From NCBI RefSeq assembly GCF_000017845.1, contig NC_010546.1, positions 120,001-152,000 of the forward strand: a stretch of 32,000 bases of DNA, written 5' to 3'. Within the stretch, counting starts at the first letter, position 1, and every line of letters starts with the position of its first letter. Shown in pieces: positions 1 through 9,511 of this stretch. Under the pieces are notes generated by a model, which worked only from the letters and a program-made list of their open reading frames with translations, searched no databases and was not told where the DNA came from. Position numbers and translations under genes: made by a program. Source of the DNA: Crocosphaera subtropica ATCC 51142. Its GTDB lineage: Bacteria; Cyanobacteriota; Cyanobacteriia; Cyanobacteriales; Microcystaceae.

Positions 1-1
1 T

Positions 2-1018
2 CCCACAGGGATCGGGGCGGCCATTGGCGGGTATGCCGGGGATGCTTTACCCGTCGCTAAAGCCATGGCCCAGGTCTGCGATCGCCTAATTACTCACCCT
101 AATGTTCTCAATGGGGCGCAACTGTACTGGCCGTTAGACAACACCTTTTATGTCGAAGGGTACGGCTTAGATCGCTTTGCCCAAGGAGACTGGGGTTTAA
201 ACCCTGTTCACCAGAACCGAGTGGGACTCATTTTGGATCGAGGCATCGAACCTGAGTTAAGAACCCGACACATTCAAGCAGCAGATGCCACGAGAGCTAC
301 CCTAGGGCTGACGTTAACCGACTATGTCGTCACAGATACCCCTTTACAGGTGGAACTGCGTACGGCTGATTCTGGGGCGAGTTGGGGGACTATTGGCCAC
401 CCCGATAGTTTACTGCGGGCTGCCCACAAGTTGATCACCCATAGTAAAGCAGAAGCGATCGCCGTTGTTGCCCGATTTCCCGATGATGTGGATAGTTTAG
501 TCTTAGATAATTATCGTCATGGACAAGGGGTTGATCCCTTAGCCGGGGCAGAAGCAGTGATTTCGCACTTGATTGTCCGTGAATTTCGCATTCCTTGCGC
601 CCATGCTCCGGCTTTAGAGCCTTTACCCGTAGATGATACCATTTCCCCTCGGGCCGCAGCAGAAGAGTTAGGTTATACGTTTTTACCCTGTGTGTTAGTG
701 GGGTTAAGTCGTGCGCCTCAATTTGTTACTCAACCTCATCCCTATAGTATTTGGGCTGATCAAGTGGATGCCCTGGTCATTCCTGACACAGCTTGTGGCG
801 GTAGTGCTATGCTCAGTTTGAGTGAATGTAACACCCGTATTATCACCGTTACCGACAATACCACTGCTCTTAATGTGACTCCCCAAGACTTGGGAATAGA
901 GGCAATTGCGGTAAACTCGTATTTAGAGGCGTTGGGTGTTTTGTCCGCTCATAAAGCTGGCATAAGTATTGATGCCTTACGTCCTGTTGTTTGCTCTATT
1001 TCTCAAGCCTGTGACTAA
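2..1018 (+). CDS. Conserved cyanobacterial protein, DUF3326-like; 5' end cut by window edge
   Basis: Frame 2 is open from nt 2 (PTGIGAAIGGYAGDALPVAKAMAQ...) and runs into the listed 65..1018 ORF, so the real start is upstream of the window. The ORF is long, relatively GC-rich and contains HIP1 sites. The family name is recalled from the GIGAxIGGxAGDA-type N-terminus and was not searched. Confidence 0.75.
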   Translation, partial: PTGIGAAIGGYAGDALPVAKAMAQVCDRLITHPNVLNGAQLYWPLDNTFYVEGYGLDRFAQGDWGLNPVHQNRVGLILDRGIEPELRTRHIQAADATRATLGLTLTDYVVTDTPLQVELRTADSGASWGTIGHPDSLLRAAHKLITHSKAEAIAVVARFPDDVDSLVLDNYRHGQGVDPLAGAEAVISHLIVREFRIPCAHAPALEPLPVDDTISPRAAAEELGYTFLPCVLVGLSRAPQFVTQPHPYSIWADQVDALVIPDTACGGSAMLSLSECNTRIITVTDNTTALNVTPQDLGIEAIAVNSYLEALGVLSAHKAGISIDALRPVVCSISQACD

Positions 1019-1034
1019 TCCAAATTCGTCCGAT

Positions 1035-1604
1035 ATGGAACCGTTAACCCGTACCCAAATTTTAGTGGTTATGGGAGTAACGGCCATTATTTTGTTAATT
1101 ATTGCTAAAGTTTGGCAATATTTTGGCTCCGTTGCTTTAATCAAGATTCAATTGTCTCCTGATGGGCTATTGTATGGGGCTGCTTTAGCAGGAGTGATCA
1201 TTGTTGCAAGTAGTATCATTTATCGTGTCTGGCCAGCTTATCGTCAAAGTGCAGATGCTTATCTAGAATTGGTGTTAAAACCTTTAGTCTGGCCCGATTT
1301 AATTTGGTTAGGTTTATTACCTGGCCTTAGTGAAGAATTATTGTTTCGTGGGGTGATGTTACCGGCTCTAGGATACGATTTATTAGCTGTTATTTTATCT
1401 AGTGTCGTCTTTGGGATATTACACTTAAGTGGTTCCCAACAATGGCCTTATGTGGTTTGGGCAACGTTAGTGGGATTTGCCCTTGGTTATAGTGCGTTAA
1501 TGACGGATAATCTCTTGGTACCAATTACTGCTCATATTATTACTAATTGGATGTCAAGTACGCTCTGGAAGTTTAACCATAGAACCAGTGATGCTTCTTC
1601 TTAG
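1035..1604 (+). CDS. CPBP family (CAAX-type) intramembrane glutamic endopeptidase
   Basis: Several hydrophobic segments plus the CPBP motifs LSEELLFRG, FGILH and AHIITN. I prefer ATG 1035 (MEPLTRTQ...) to the listed 969 start, which overlaps the upstream gene by 50 nt. Confidence 0.85.
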   Translation: MEPLTRTQILVVMGVTAIILLIIAKVWQYFGSVALIKIQLSPDGLLYGAALAGVIIVASSIIYRVWPAYRQSADAYLELVLKPLVWPDLIWLGLLPGLSEELLFRGVMLPALGYDLLAVILSSVVFGILHLSGSQQWPYVVWATLVGFALGYSALMTDNLLVPITAHIITNWMSSTLWKFNHRTSDASS

Positions 1605-1635
1605 TTAATTGTTTCAATTTAATTTGTGCTGTGAT

Positions 1636-2100
1636 ATGGAAGTTCAATTTAGAGAGTTTAATCCGTTTGATTTGTGGATTTGGTTAGAGTTTGAAACTGT
1701 CCCTTCTCCTATGGAAAGACAATATGTAGAAGAGGTATTTAATTCCTGGTTTTATTTAGGGAAATTGGGAGGGTTTAATGCTGAAAATCTCCAAGTCCAA
1801 GACATGGGGGTTGAAATTAGTTACATGGATTACGATACCAAAGTATCCGATGACATGATGATGGCCCCAATGCACAATATGGCAGAGTTTGAATACGAAG
1901 GAGTGTGGGGTCGTTGTTGGTTTGATCTTGGCACCAGTGATTTAATTGCTCTCGATATTTTGATCAATGCGTTGACTCAATTAAGTCGAGAGTTAATTGT
2001 CATTAAAAGGGTAATAATTGGCGGAGAAAATGAAGATTGGCCGATTGCTAATAAACGACAGGCGATGTTCGCAGAGGAGGTAGAAGAAACAGAATATTAA
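1636..2100 (+). CDS. DUF3531-like conserved protein
   Basis: The ORF lies 31 nt after the CPBP stop. The listed start at 1609 is a TTG; the first ATG is 1636 (MEVQFREFNPFDLWIWLEF...). Family assignment is from memory of the N-terminal FREFxPF..WIWL pattern. Confidence 0.7.
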   Translation: MEVQFREFNPFDLWIWLEFETVPSPMERQYVEEVFNSWFYLGKLGGFNAENLQVQDMGVEISYMDYDTKVSDDMMMAPMHNMAEFEYEGVWGRCWFDLGTSDLIALDILINALTQLSRELIVIKRVIIGGENEDWPIANKRQAMFAEEVEETEY

Positions 2101-2107
2101 TGTGCAT

Positions 2108-2566
2108 TTAATAGTTAATCAACCAAAATGCTTCTTGTCTAATATATAAGGGGTTATTCTTAGCAGCAGGAGTTATCATTTTAATTTCTTTCGTTAAAGA
2201 ATTATGTTCTACTTTCCAGTCAGTATAATCAGCAGACTCATCTTTATCTTCTTGGGAACAACTATAAGTTACTTTCTTGATTTGTTGATCATAAATTTCA
2301 AAAAATCTTCCACACTTTTGAGATAAAATAATGATGACTAATAAGCGATGTTCTTGGTTAGGGTACAAAGTAACGGTACTCGGTTGTTTAACCCCTGTTG
2401 CTAATCTTCCCCAAAATTGGGCTGTTGCTGTATAACTTTTTTGTCTCGGTTGAAGATTAATAATAGCTAGTTCATTCCATTTTCTAAAATTATTTGCTAC
2501 TGGGGATAAGTTGGGAATATAAAGCAAAAGAAAAAAACTAATTAAGTAATTCGGATTAACATTCAT
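2108..2566 (-). CDS. Hypothetical protein with hydrophobic N-terminus, no recognisable domain
   Basis: 152-codon ORF 64 nt downstream of the amidase gene on the same strand. The N-terminal YLISFFLLLYIPNLS segment looks like a signal or anchor. The ORF is very AT-rich and I recognise no motif. Confidence 0.5.
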   Translation of the reverse strand: MNVNPNYLISFFLLLYIPNLSPVANNFRKWNELAIINLQPRQKSYTATAQFWGRLATGVKQPSTVTLYPNQEHRLLVIIILSQKCGRFFEIYDQQIKKVTYSCSQEDKDESADYTDWKVEHNSLTKEIKMITPAAKNNPLYIRQEAFWLINY

Positions 2567-2630
2567 AGTCTATATCAACGCCCTCGATAACAAAAAGAAA
2601 AGAACCATACCTTTTCGTAACTGATAAGAA

Positions 2631-3650
2631 TTACCTTAAATATTCTGTAATCCCATTAGCGATCGCCTCGGCCATTTTTTTACGATAACTCGCACTGTTT
2701 AAATTACGATTATCTGTCCTTCCGGTGACAAACCCTACTTCTACCAAGGCCGCCGGCATGGAGGTTTTTCTTAACACATAAAATCGGGCTTTCTTGAGTC
2801 CACGATTTCTAGCTACATTCACTCCCCGTATAATATTACGATGAATGGTCAAAGCGAGGCGATAACCAGAAGAAAAATAATAGGTTTCCATCCCATTTAC
2901 CTGAGATTGATTACCCCCCACCGCATTAGCATGGATGCTAACAAACACATTAGCGTCACTATTTTCAGCCCGTTGTACCCGTCCTCTTAGAGATACAAAG
3001 GAATCATTAGAACGGGTCATTACAACGTTAAAGCCCCGTTGCCTTAAAATTCTGGCAACTTCAGCCGAAATGGACAAAACCACCCGTTTTTCCTGTAATC
3101 CTCCCAATCCGATCGCCCCAGGATCTCGCCCTCCGTGGCCTGGATCGATCACTACCGTATAACGACCCCCTCCCCGATAAACGGGACTGGTAGGGTTCGG
3201 TAATGGGACAATAATGGCGACGGGTTCCTCCTCTGGGGGCAAAGAATAGACCGAATGGGGTTGAAAGTCCGATAACTGCACATACCAACGGTTAGGGCTT
3301 AAACTTCGCACCTTGACTTCCCAAGGACGCATGGAATATTGTTGCCCCAATTCCACTACAATACGAGTGGTATAAGGATTAAACTGGCCTATTCGGACTT
3401 CTTTGACATAACCACTAATCTTATCTTGCGAAATACTGGGTTTTCCTAAATTAACCCCAGGTAAATCAATAATAAGACGGGTAGGATTAGCAATCATGGA
3501 AGCTTTGGGACGAACGCCTTCTTCTGTGACAATTTCAACTCGATTTTGACGAACATCGAAGTCCCAATATTCGAGATCATTGGCATCAACAGCAAGTCCT
3601 ACGGCTTGAGAAACAAGCAGTCCCCCTAAAAGGCTTTTTAGTAGCTTCAT
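2631..3650 (-). CDS. amiC: N-acetylmuramoyl-L-alanine amidase with N-terminal AMIN domain (AmiC-like)
   Basis: Signal peptide MKLLKSLLGGLLVSQAVGLA. AMIN-like segment (RLIIDLPGV...VKEVRIGQF...TRIVVEL). Amidase_3 motifs VVIDPGHGGRDPGA, SIHANA and LVEVGF. Confidence 0.9.
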   Translation of the reverse strand: MKLLKSLLGGLLVSQAVGLAVDANDLEYWDFDVRQNRVEIVTEEGVRPKASMIANPTRLIIDLPGVNLGKPSISQDKISGYVKEVRIGQFNPYTTRIVVELGQQYSMRPWEVKVRSLSPNRWYVQLSDFQPHSVYSLPPEEEPVAIIVPLPNPTSPVYRGGGRYTVVIDPGHGGRDPGAIGLGGLQEKRVVLSISAEVARILRQRGFNVVMTRSNDSFVSLRGRVQRAENSDANVFVSIHANAVGGNQSQVNGMETYYFSSGYRLALTIHRNIIRGVNVARNRGLKKARFYVLRKTSMPAALVEVGFVTGRTDNRNLNSASYRKKMAEAIANGITEYLR

Positions 3651-3777
3651 GTTTCAATCCTCACCCACTTTTTTGTTTTTTGTCACTTTCTAATTGGGTT
3701 ATTCTCTGGTGACATCATGATTTTAGCAGGTGAAAGTTAGAATCCTGTTGCTTTCAATCCTATTCAACGGTTTAAAT

Positions 3778-4566
3778 ATGATTAAGGATAAAAATCTTAA
3801 GACTTATTCAACTTCAGATGTAGTTAACTATTATCAATATCTGCAACAACTACAACCCGCAGAAGAAACGGTCATTAAACTTCTCAGAAGTGAATTACCC
3901 AATATGAAAATGCTTGATTTAGGAGTAGGAGGCGGTCGAACCACACAACATTTTTTTCCCTTGGTGAAAGAATATATTGGTGTTGATTATTCTGTGGATA
4001 TGATTAAAGCGTGTCAAGAAAGATTTAGTCAGTCTTATCCATCTATACAATTAAGAGTAGGAGATGGGAGAGATTTAAGTCAATTTGAAGATAATTCTTT
4101 TGATTTTATTTTATTTAGTTTCAATGGCCTTGATTATATATCCCATGAAGATAGATTAAAAGCTTTGCAGGAAATTAGTCGTGTTGGAAAATCGGGGGGT
4201 TATTTCTTTTTTTCTAGTCATCATCTTCAAGCTATAGAAAAAGAATTTAACTGGAGACATCATCTGAGTTTGAATCCGTTTAAAACCTACGTTAATTTAG
4301 TGATGTTTGCTTTTTTGCGGGGGGTTAATACTTCTCTCACCTATCGAAGCATTAAACACAATAATTATGCGATTCTTCGGGATGAATCCCATAATTTTCG
4401 CTTACGAACTTATTATATTCGTGCTTCAGAACAAATTAAACAACTCGAACCATTATTTAAGGATATTAAAGTCTATTCTTGGAAAACAGGCTTAGAATTG
4501 ACCACCAACCATAATATGGTATCATGCAGTGATATGTGGCTTTATTACCTCTGTCGTATCAAATAA
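3778..4566 (+). CDS. Class I SAM-dependent methyltransferase
   Basis: Motif I MLDLGVGGGRTT, followed by GVDYS and FDFILFSFNGLDY. The listed start 3730 is a GTG adding a hydrophobic extension; ATG 3778 (MIKDKN...) is preferred, but the start is uncertain. Confidence 0.8.
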   Translation: MIKDKNLKTYSTSDVVNYYQYLQQLQPAEETVIKLLRSELPNMKMLDLGVGGGRTTQHFFPLVKEYIGVDYSVDMIKACQERFSQSYPSIQLRVGDGRDLSQFEDNSFDFILFSFNGLDYISHEDRLKALQEISRVGKSGGYFFFSSHHLQAIEKEFNWRHHLSLNPFKTYVNLVMFAFLRGVNTSLTYRSIKHNNYAILRDESHNFRLRTYYIRASEQIKQLEPLFKDIKVYSWKTGLELTTNHNMVSCSDMWLYYLCRIK

Positions 4567-4726
4567 TAACTGATACTTCGACATAGCTCAGTATAAGTAA
4601 CTAATAACTGGTTAGTAATCACTGACTATTGACAATTATTATAAATATATAAAATTAAGCAATCTTCCTAAATTCATGTGATAGTAATAAAAATACTCCT
4701 TTGAAATTGTATAGGAAGTTACGAAT

Positions 4727-5362
4727 ATGGCTCTTCAACTCGGTGATACCGTACCTGATTTTACCCAAGAAACAAGCGAAGGAACCATCTCATTTCATGA
4801 GTGGGCTGGAGATAGCTGGGTTGTTCTGTTTTCCCACCCTGCTGATTATACCCCTGTTTGCACCACAGAATTAGGGACAGTGGCTAGTCTTAAACCAGAA
4901 TTTGACAAACGTAACGTTAAAATTTTAGCGTTGAGTGTGGATAGTGTTGATTCCCATAAAGGTTGGATTAACGACATCAACGAAACCCAAAACACCAACG
5001 TTAACTATCCTATTATTGCTGATCCCGATCGCAAGGTGGCTGACTTATACGGGATGATTCATCCAAACTCCCTCAATAATCTCACCGTCCGTTCTGTCTT
5101 TATTATTGACCCCAACAAGAAATTACGCCTTACCCTAACTTATCCTGCTAGTACCGGACGTAATTTTGATGAAATTTTACGGGTGATTGATTCTTTACAA
5201 TTAACCGATTACCATCAAGTAGCAACCCCTGCTAACTGGAAAGATGGAGATGATTGTGTGGTTGTTCCCTCCATTTCTACAGAAGAAGCAAAACAGAAGT
5301 TTCCCAAAGGAGTCACAGAAGTTAAACCCTATTTACGCATGACCCCTCAACCTAATAAATAG
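4727..5362 (+). CDS. 1-Cys peroxiredoxin (Prx6-type)
   Basis: FSHPADYTPVCTTELG peroxidatic-Cys motif, a length of about 211 aa, and no resolving Cys in the usual 2-Cys position. Confidence 0.95.
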   Translation: MALQLGDTVPDFTQETSEGTISFHEWAGDSWVVLFSHPADYTPVCTTELGTVASLKPEFDKRNVKILALSVDSVDSHKGWINDINETQNTNVNYPIIADPDRKVADLYGMIHPNSLNNLTVRSVFIIDPNKKLRLTLTYPASTGRNFDEILRVIDSLQLTDYHQVATPANWKDGDDCVVVPSISTEEAKQKFPKGVTEVKPYLRMTPQPNK

Positions 5363-5387
5363 GATTATTTGTGTCTGGAAACCTTGT

Positions 5388-5417
5388 GGGGGTCAACAGT
5401 TGTTGACCCCTATTTTG
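5388..5417 (+). terminator. Rho-independent terminator after the peroxiredoxin gene
   Basis: GGGGTCAACA (5389-5398) and TGTTGACCCC (5401-5410) form a perfect inverted repeat. It is followed by TATTTTGT, 26 nt after the stop codon. Confidence 0.7.
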
Positions 5418-5506
5418 TCTGATTATGCTTACCCATAGCTGAAAACCCTTCCAGAGTTTGCTACGATTAAAGATCGGACTCGATTGTATCAACTAGGAGG
5501 TTGAAA

Positions 5507-5743
5507 ATGTCTCGTAAATGTCAACTCACTGGAAAAAAAGCCAACAACGCTTTTGCTGTCTCCCACTCTCACCGTCGCACCAAAAAATTACAAGAAGCCA
5601 ACCTACAATGGAAACGAGTATGGTGGGCTGAAGGGAACCGTTGGGTTAGATTACGTTTATCCACCAAAGCCATTAAAACCCTAGAAAAGAAAGGGTTAAA
5701 TGCTATGGCAAAAGAAGCAGGAATTAACTTAAATAAAATGTAA
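5507..5743 (+). CDS. rpmB: 50S ribosomal protein L28
   Basis: [27 protein letters not shown]... matches the L28 N-terminus (MSRxCxxTGK...SH). AGGAGG lies at 5495-5500. The listed start 5501 is a TTG two codons upstream of the ATG. Confidence 0.95.
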   Translation: MSRKCQLTGKKANNAFAVSHSHRRTKKLQEANLQWKRVWWAEGNRWVRLRLSTKAIKTLEKKGLNAMAKEAGINLNKM

Positions 5744-5860
5744 TCTTAGGATATATTAATTAAGGATCATTGAATAGGGGATAAGTCTAAAAGTTTAGTG
5801 ATTATTGCTAAATTCCCCTATCATTCTTTGGTCAATTAACTGATCTAATATATAAAGATA

Positions 5861-6766
5861 ATGAATGATTCAGACGTTAAACTTCCTAACTTTTTAATTG
5901 TCGGTATTCAAAAAGCAGGAACCACATCGGTTTATAATTACTTAAAACAACATCCTCAAGTTTATTTAAGTCCCCTTAAAGAAACTAATTTTTTAGAAAA
6001 AGACTGGCCACAACTGATTGAACAAGGGCATCAATTTAACCCCAAGAAAATTGCTACTTTTGAGCAATATAAAAACCTATTTGAAGGGGTAACGAATGAA
6101 ATAGCCATTGGAGAAATTTCCCCTAATTACCTTTTCCATTATAAAACATCTACAGAACTCATAAAACGTTATGTTCCCCATGCTAAATTGATAGCTATTT
6201 TAAGAAATCCAGTAGAGCGAGCTATTTCTGACTATTTGATGCACGTTAGAGAAGCACAATCAAATCGCTCATTAAAAGAACAAATACAATATAGAGCAGA
6301 TAAATCGTTTGTTATTACTAAAGGTAAGTATTATCAACCTGTCAAATATTATTTTGAACAATTTAGTCAAGAACAAGTTTCTATCTTTTTATATGACGAC
6401 CTTCGTAAAGATTCTCAAAAATTTATACAAGATATCTATAAAACCATAGGGGTCAATCCTGATTTTGAACCCGATACCTCTCGAAAGTCCCAAGTTGCCC
6501 AAGTTCCAAAAAATAAAGCAGTTAATAATCTTTTAGTTAGAAAAAATCCCATTCGTTCTTTATCAGCAAGTTTGCTTAAACCCCTTCTATCAGAGAAAAA
6601 AAGGCAACAAGTTCGTTCTTTTTTGATAGGCATGAACTCGAAATCTAAAGAGGAAATAGACTCATTTGATGAAGAGAAACAGCTACTTTTGAATCTATAT
6701 CGTGATGATATTCTCAAACTTCAAGACCTGATAGATAGAGATTTATCGCCTTGGTTAACCATTTAA
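5861..6766 (+). CDS. PAPS-dependent sulfotransferase family protein, substrate unknown
   Basis: 5'-PSB-like loop PNFLIVGIQKAGTTS and 3'-PB-like ILRNPVERAISDY. The gene is extremely AT-rich. Confidence 0.85.
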   Translation: MNDSDVKLPNFLIVGIQKAGTTSVYNYLKQHPQVYLSPLKETNFLEKDWPQLIEQGHQFNPKKIATFEQYKNLFEGVTNEIAIGEISPNYLFHYKTSTELIKRYVPHAKLIAILRNPVERAISDYLMHVREAQSNRSLKEQIQYRADKSFVITKGKYYQPVKYYFEQFSQEQVSIFLYDDLRKDSQKFIQDIYKTIGVNPDFEPDTSRKSQVAQVPKNKAVNNLLVRKNPIRSLSASLLKPLLSEKKRQQVRSFLIGMNSKSKEEIDSFDEEKQLLLNLYRDDILKLQDLIDRDLSPWLTI

Positions 6767-6858
6767 AAGATTTATGGATATTTTAATATCATCTTGAATA
6801 GAATGAGTTATATTATGAGTAAAAATATAAACTTTCATAACCTTTTAATAACTTGATC

Positions 6859-7758
6859 ATGATAACCACAGCAACCCCATCAACCAAACCCCTAAAAACC
6901 TACTATTGGTATTGGCAAGGCCATCGTATTAAATATACAGTCCAAGGACAAGGAGAACCCTTATTATTAATTCATGGCTTTGGTGCATCTATTGGCCATT
7001 GGCGTAACAATATTCCCCATTTAGCCCAAGGAAATTATCGCATCTATGCCTTAGATTTATTAGGGTTTGGCGGTTCTGATAAACCTCAATTAAACTATAC
7101 TGTAGAATTATGGCGGGATTTAATTAAAGATTTTTGGCAAGATCATATCAATGAACCGACCATTTTTGTGGGTAACTCCATCGGTGGTTTATTAACCTTA
7201 ATGATTATGGCCGAATATCCTCAGATTAGTAAAGGGGGTGTCCTAATTAATTGTGCAGGTGGTTTAAATCATCGTCCTGATGAGTTGAATTTTCCCCTAC
7301 GGTTGATTATGGGAAGCTTTACGAAATTAGTCAATTCTTCTGTGACTGGTACCTTCATTTTTAACCGTATTCGTCAAAAACATCGCATCCGTCGCACCCT
7401 TTATCAAGTATATTGCGATCGCAAGGCAGTTACCGATGAATTGGTGGATATCCTCTATCAACCCTCTTGTGATCCAGGGGCCCAGAAAGTGTTTGCTTCG
7501 GTATTAACGGCCCCTCCTGGACCTCACCCTCAAACATTATTACCTAAAATTGATCAACCCCTTTTAGTCTTATGGGGAACCAATGATCCTTGGACTCCCA
7601 TTAAAGGGTCAGCAATGTACCAAGAACGAGCAAAAAACGGACAAAATACCACTTTTTATCCTATCGAAAAAGCGGGCCATTGTCCCCACGACGAAAAACC
7701 TCAACAAGTCAATCAGTTAATTTTAACTTGGCTAAATTCCCTTAGCTTTAATGGCTAA
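6859..7758 (+). CDS. Alpha/beta-fold hydrolase
   Basis: LLLIHGFGAS, nucleophile elbow GNSIGG, and C-terminal GHCPHDE (catalytic His). The listed start 6853 is a TTG; the ATG is at 6859. Confidence 0.85.
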   Translation: MITTATPSTKPLKTYYWYWQGHRIKYTVQGQGEPLLLIHGFGASIGHWRNNIPHLAQGNYRIYALDLLGFGGSDKPQLNYTVELWRDLIKDFWQDHINEPTIFVGNSIGGLLTLMIMAEYPQISKGGVLINCAGGLNHRPDELNFPLRLIMGSFTKLVNSSVTGTFIFNRIRQKHRIRRTLYQVYCDRKAVTDELVDILYQPSCDPGAQKVFASVLTAPPGPHPQTLLPKIDQPLLVLWGTNDPWTPIKGSAMYQERAKNGQNTTFYPIEKAGHCPHDEKPQQVNQLILTWLNSLSFNG

Positions 7759-7785
7759 CATTTTGTTAAAAACAATGTTCACTCT

Positions 7786-7806
7786 GAACTCCTAACACCG
7801 AACTCC
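7786..7806. repeat. Three tandem heptamers GAACTCC TAACACC GAACTCC (STRR-like)
   Basis: Read directly 28 nt after the hydrolase stop. Same RACTCCK period-7 family as at 21841-21861 and 23199-23240. Confidence 0.6.
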
Positions 7807-7895
7807 GGTTTGTACCATTGGACAAACTGGCCTGATCTTTGCTTGATATCGCTCAATTTCCAAGGAAAATGAGTGAAAGCGTTTAACTTGAGATC

Positions 7896-8825
7896 ATGTC
7901 AGTGTCCCTCGAATCTATTAATACTCAACCATCCATTACTCCAGAAACGATTCAACGGGCAAAAGAGGGCTTATCCGATGCTCAAAATCCCGTCATCAAA
8001 CGAGCGATTCAACAGGGCTTAAATGACCTGGAAACCCTAGCAGAAGCGACATTTGACCCCCCCATAAATGGTCAGTTTCGTCGCTTGATTTTGCGATCGC
8101 TCATTCACAGTCTTTTCCGAGTTAAAGTAGAATACCCTGAACGCATCCCCCGTCGTCCGGTTATTTTGGTAGGGAACCATCTCAACCACATTGACCCTTT
8201 TTTATTGTTATCAGAGTGTTTTACATCCCCTTATTTTCACATTTTGGGGGATGCTCGTACCCTGTATAATAAATGGTGGAAACGCTTTATTTTGGGGCTT
8301 TCTGGTGGGGTTATTCCTTTAGAACGTCGTTGGGGTCAAGAAACCGCTATCATTGAAGCAGCCGAAGCAGGACATGAAGCGTTAAAACCGTTAGCCCAAG
8401 AAATTAAGGAAAATGTCCCCTCTGGGGAATCTATCAAAACCTTACGTCAGATTAATAAGGCGGTACAAGTTATTTTAGAACAAGGACGGGGATTAATGCT
8501 ATTTCCTGAAGGTCGTCTAGGGACAACAGAAGGAAAATTAAGCCTTCCCCTCAAAAGAGGAACCGCTATCTATGCGTTACGCAGTGGGGTTCCGGTGGTT
8601 CCTGTGGCATTAGTGGGGACAAAACATCTATATTACCGTAAAATCCTAACCCTTCGCTTTGGGAAACCGTTACACTTTCCTCAAGTTAAACATCCTAAAC
8701 ACACAGAAATTGATACAGTTTTAAATCAGTTAGAAAATGCTTTCCTTGAGTTACTACCTTGTGATTATCAAGAACCTGATGAATTAAAATTATTTTCAGA
8801 GTTTCTTAACCACTTTTTCTGTTAA
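7896..8825 (+). CDS. Lysophospholipid (1-acyl-glycerol-3-phosphate type) acyltransferase family protein
   Basis: HX4D block NHLNHIDP and a FPEGR block, typical of PlsC-like acyltransferases. Confidence 0.85.
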   Translation: MSVSLESINTQPSITPETIQRAKEGLSDAQNPVIKRAIQQGLNDLETLAEATFDPPINGQFRRLILRSLIHSLFRVKVEYPERIPRRPVILVGNHLNHIDPFLLLSECFTSPYFHILGDARTLYNKWWKRFILGLSGGVIPLERRWGQETAIIEAAEAGHEALKPLAQEIKENVPSGESIKTLRQINKAVQVILEQGRGLMLFPEGRLGTTEGKLSLPLKRGTAIYALRSGVPVVPVALVGTKHLYYRKILTLRFGKPLHFPQVKHPKHTEIDTVLNQLENAFLELLPCDYQEPDELKLFSEFLNHFFC

Positions 8826-8863
8826 CTTATTTTTGAAGGTTTTTTTTCTAAGTTTGAGAAACC

Positions 8864-9433
8864 CTAGAATTCGACTTTATGATAAATATCAGAAAAATTC
8901 AACTTCATATTATTTAATTCTAACTCAATTTGTTGATCTTCTTGATGATACTCTTGGAATAACCATTGTTTGTTTCCTATTTTAACAAATTTTTCTCCAT
9001 ATATTTGAGTTTGACTAATTAATACATATTCTTGAAGGGTTTTAATCGTTCGATAAGCAGCAAATTTTCCTTCTTTATCGTAATTCTGAGTTGAAGGGGA
9101 TAAAACTTCAATAATTAAACTAGGATTGACAATAGTATCTTTTCTATTTTCATAATAAATGGGTTCTTCTTTAATGACCATAATATCAGGATAAGTGAAA
9201 ATACGTTTTTCTGGTATCCAAAGCCGAACATTTTCTACATAGACACGATAATCAAGTTTTTTGAAGGCAAAATGCAATTCAGCATAGATATTTCCTACAA
9301 TTTGATTATGATTAATTGTTCCACCTGTCATGGGTATAATTTGTCCGTCGATGTACTCACTTTTAGATTCGGCTTTTTCTTCTTGCTTTAGATATTCTTC
9401 AATGGAAGAAGTTTTAATAACTGTTGCTTGCAT
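8864..9433 (-). CDS. Uma2 family (DUF820) putative PD-(D/E)xK endonuclease, full length
   Basis: EYIDGQIIPMTGGTINHNQIVGNI, YPDIMVI, PSLIIEVLSPST and KFAAYRTIKTLQEYVLI match the Uma2 pattern as I remember it. Confidence 0.85.
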   Translation of the reverse strand: MQATVIKTSSIEEYLKQEEKAESKSEYIDGQIIPMTGGTINHNQIVGNIYAELHFAFKKLDYRVYVENVRLWIPEKRIFTYPDIMVIKEEPIYYENRKDTIVNPSLIIEVLSPSTQNYDKEGKFAAYRTIKTLQEYVLISQTQIYGEKFVKIGNKQWLFQEYHQEDQQIELELNNMKLNFSDIYHKVEF

Positions 9434-9511
9434 GACAGATCAAAGGTTAATTCTAAACATCTGATAATTGTAGTTTATCGTAGTTTTTATGATTTGCGCA
9501 CCGCAAAGCGG

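Noticed and set aside
969-1034. Upstream start of the CPBP ORF overlapping the DUF3326-like gene by 50 nt
   Set aside because: The extension (MMPYVLLFALFLKPVTNPNSSD) is read from the 3' end of the preceding gene in another frame. ATG 1035 gives a normal 16-nt spacer.
3730-3777. GTG start extending the methyltransferase by 16 hydrophobic residues
   Set aside because: A cytoplasmic class I methyltransferase does not need a signal-like extension. The first ATG (3778) is preferred, but this is not proven.
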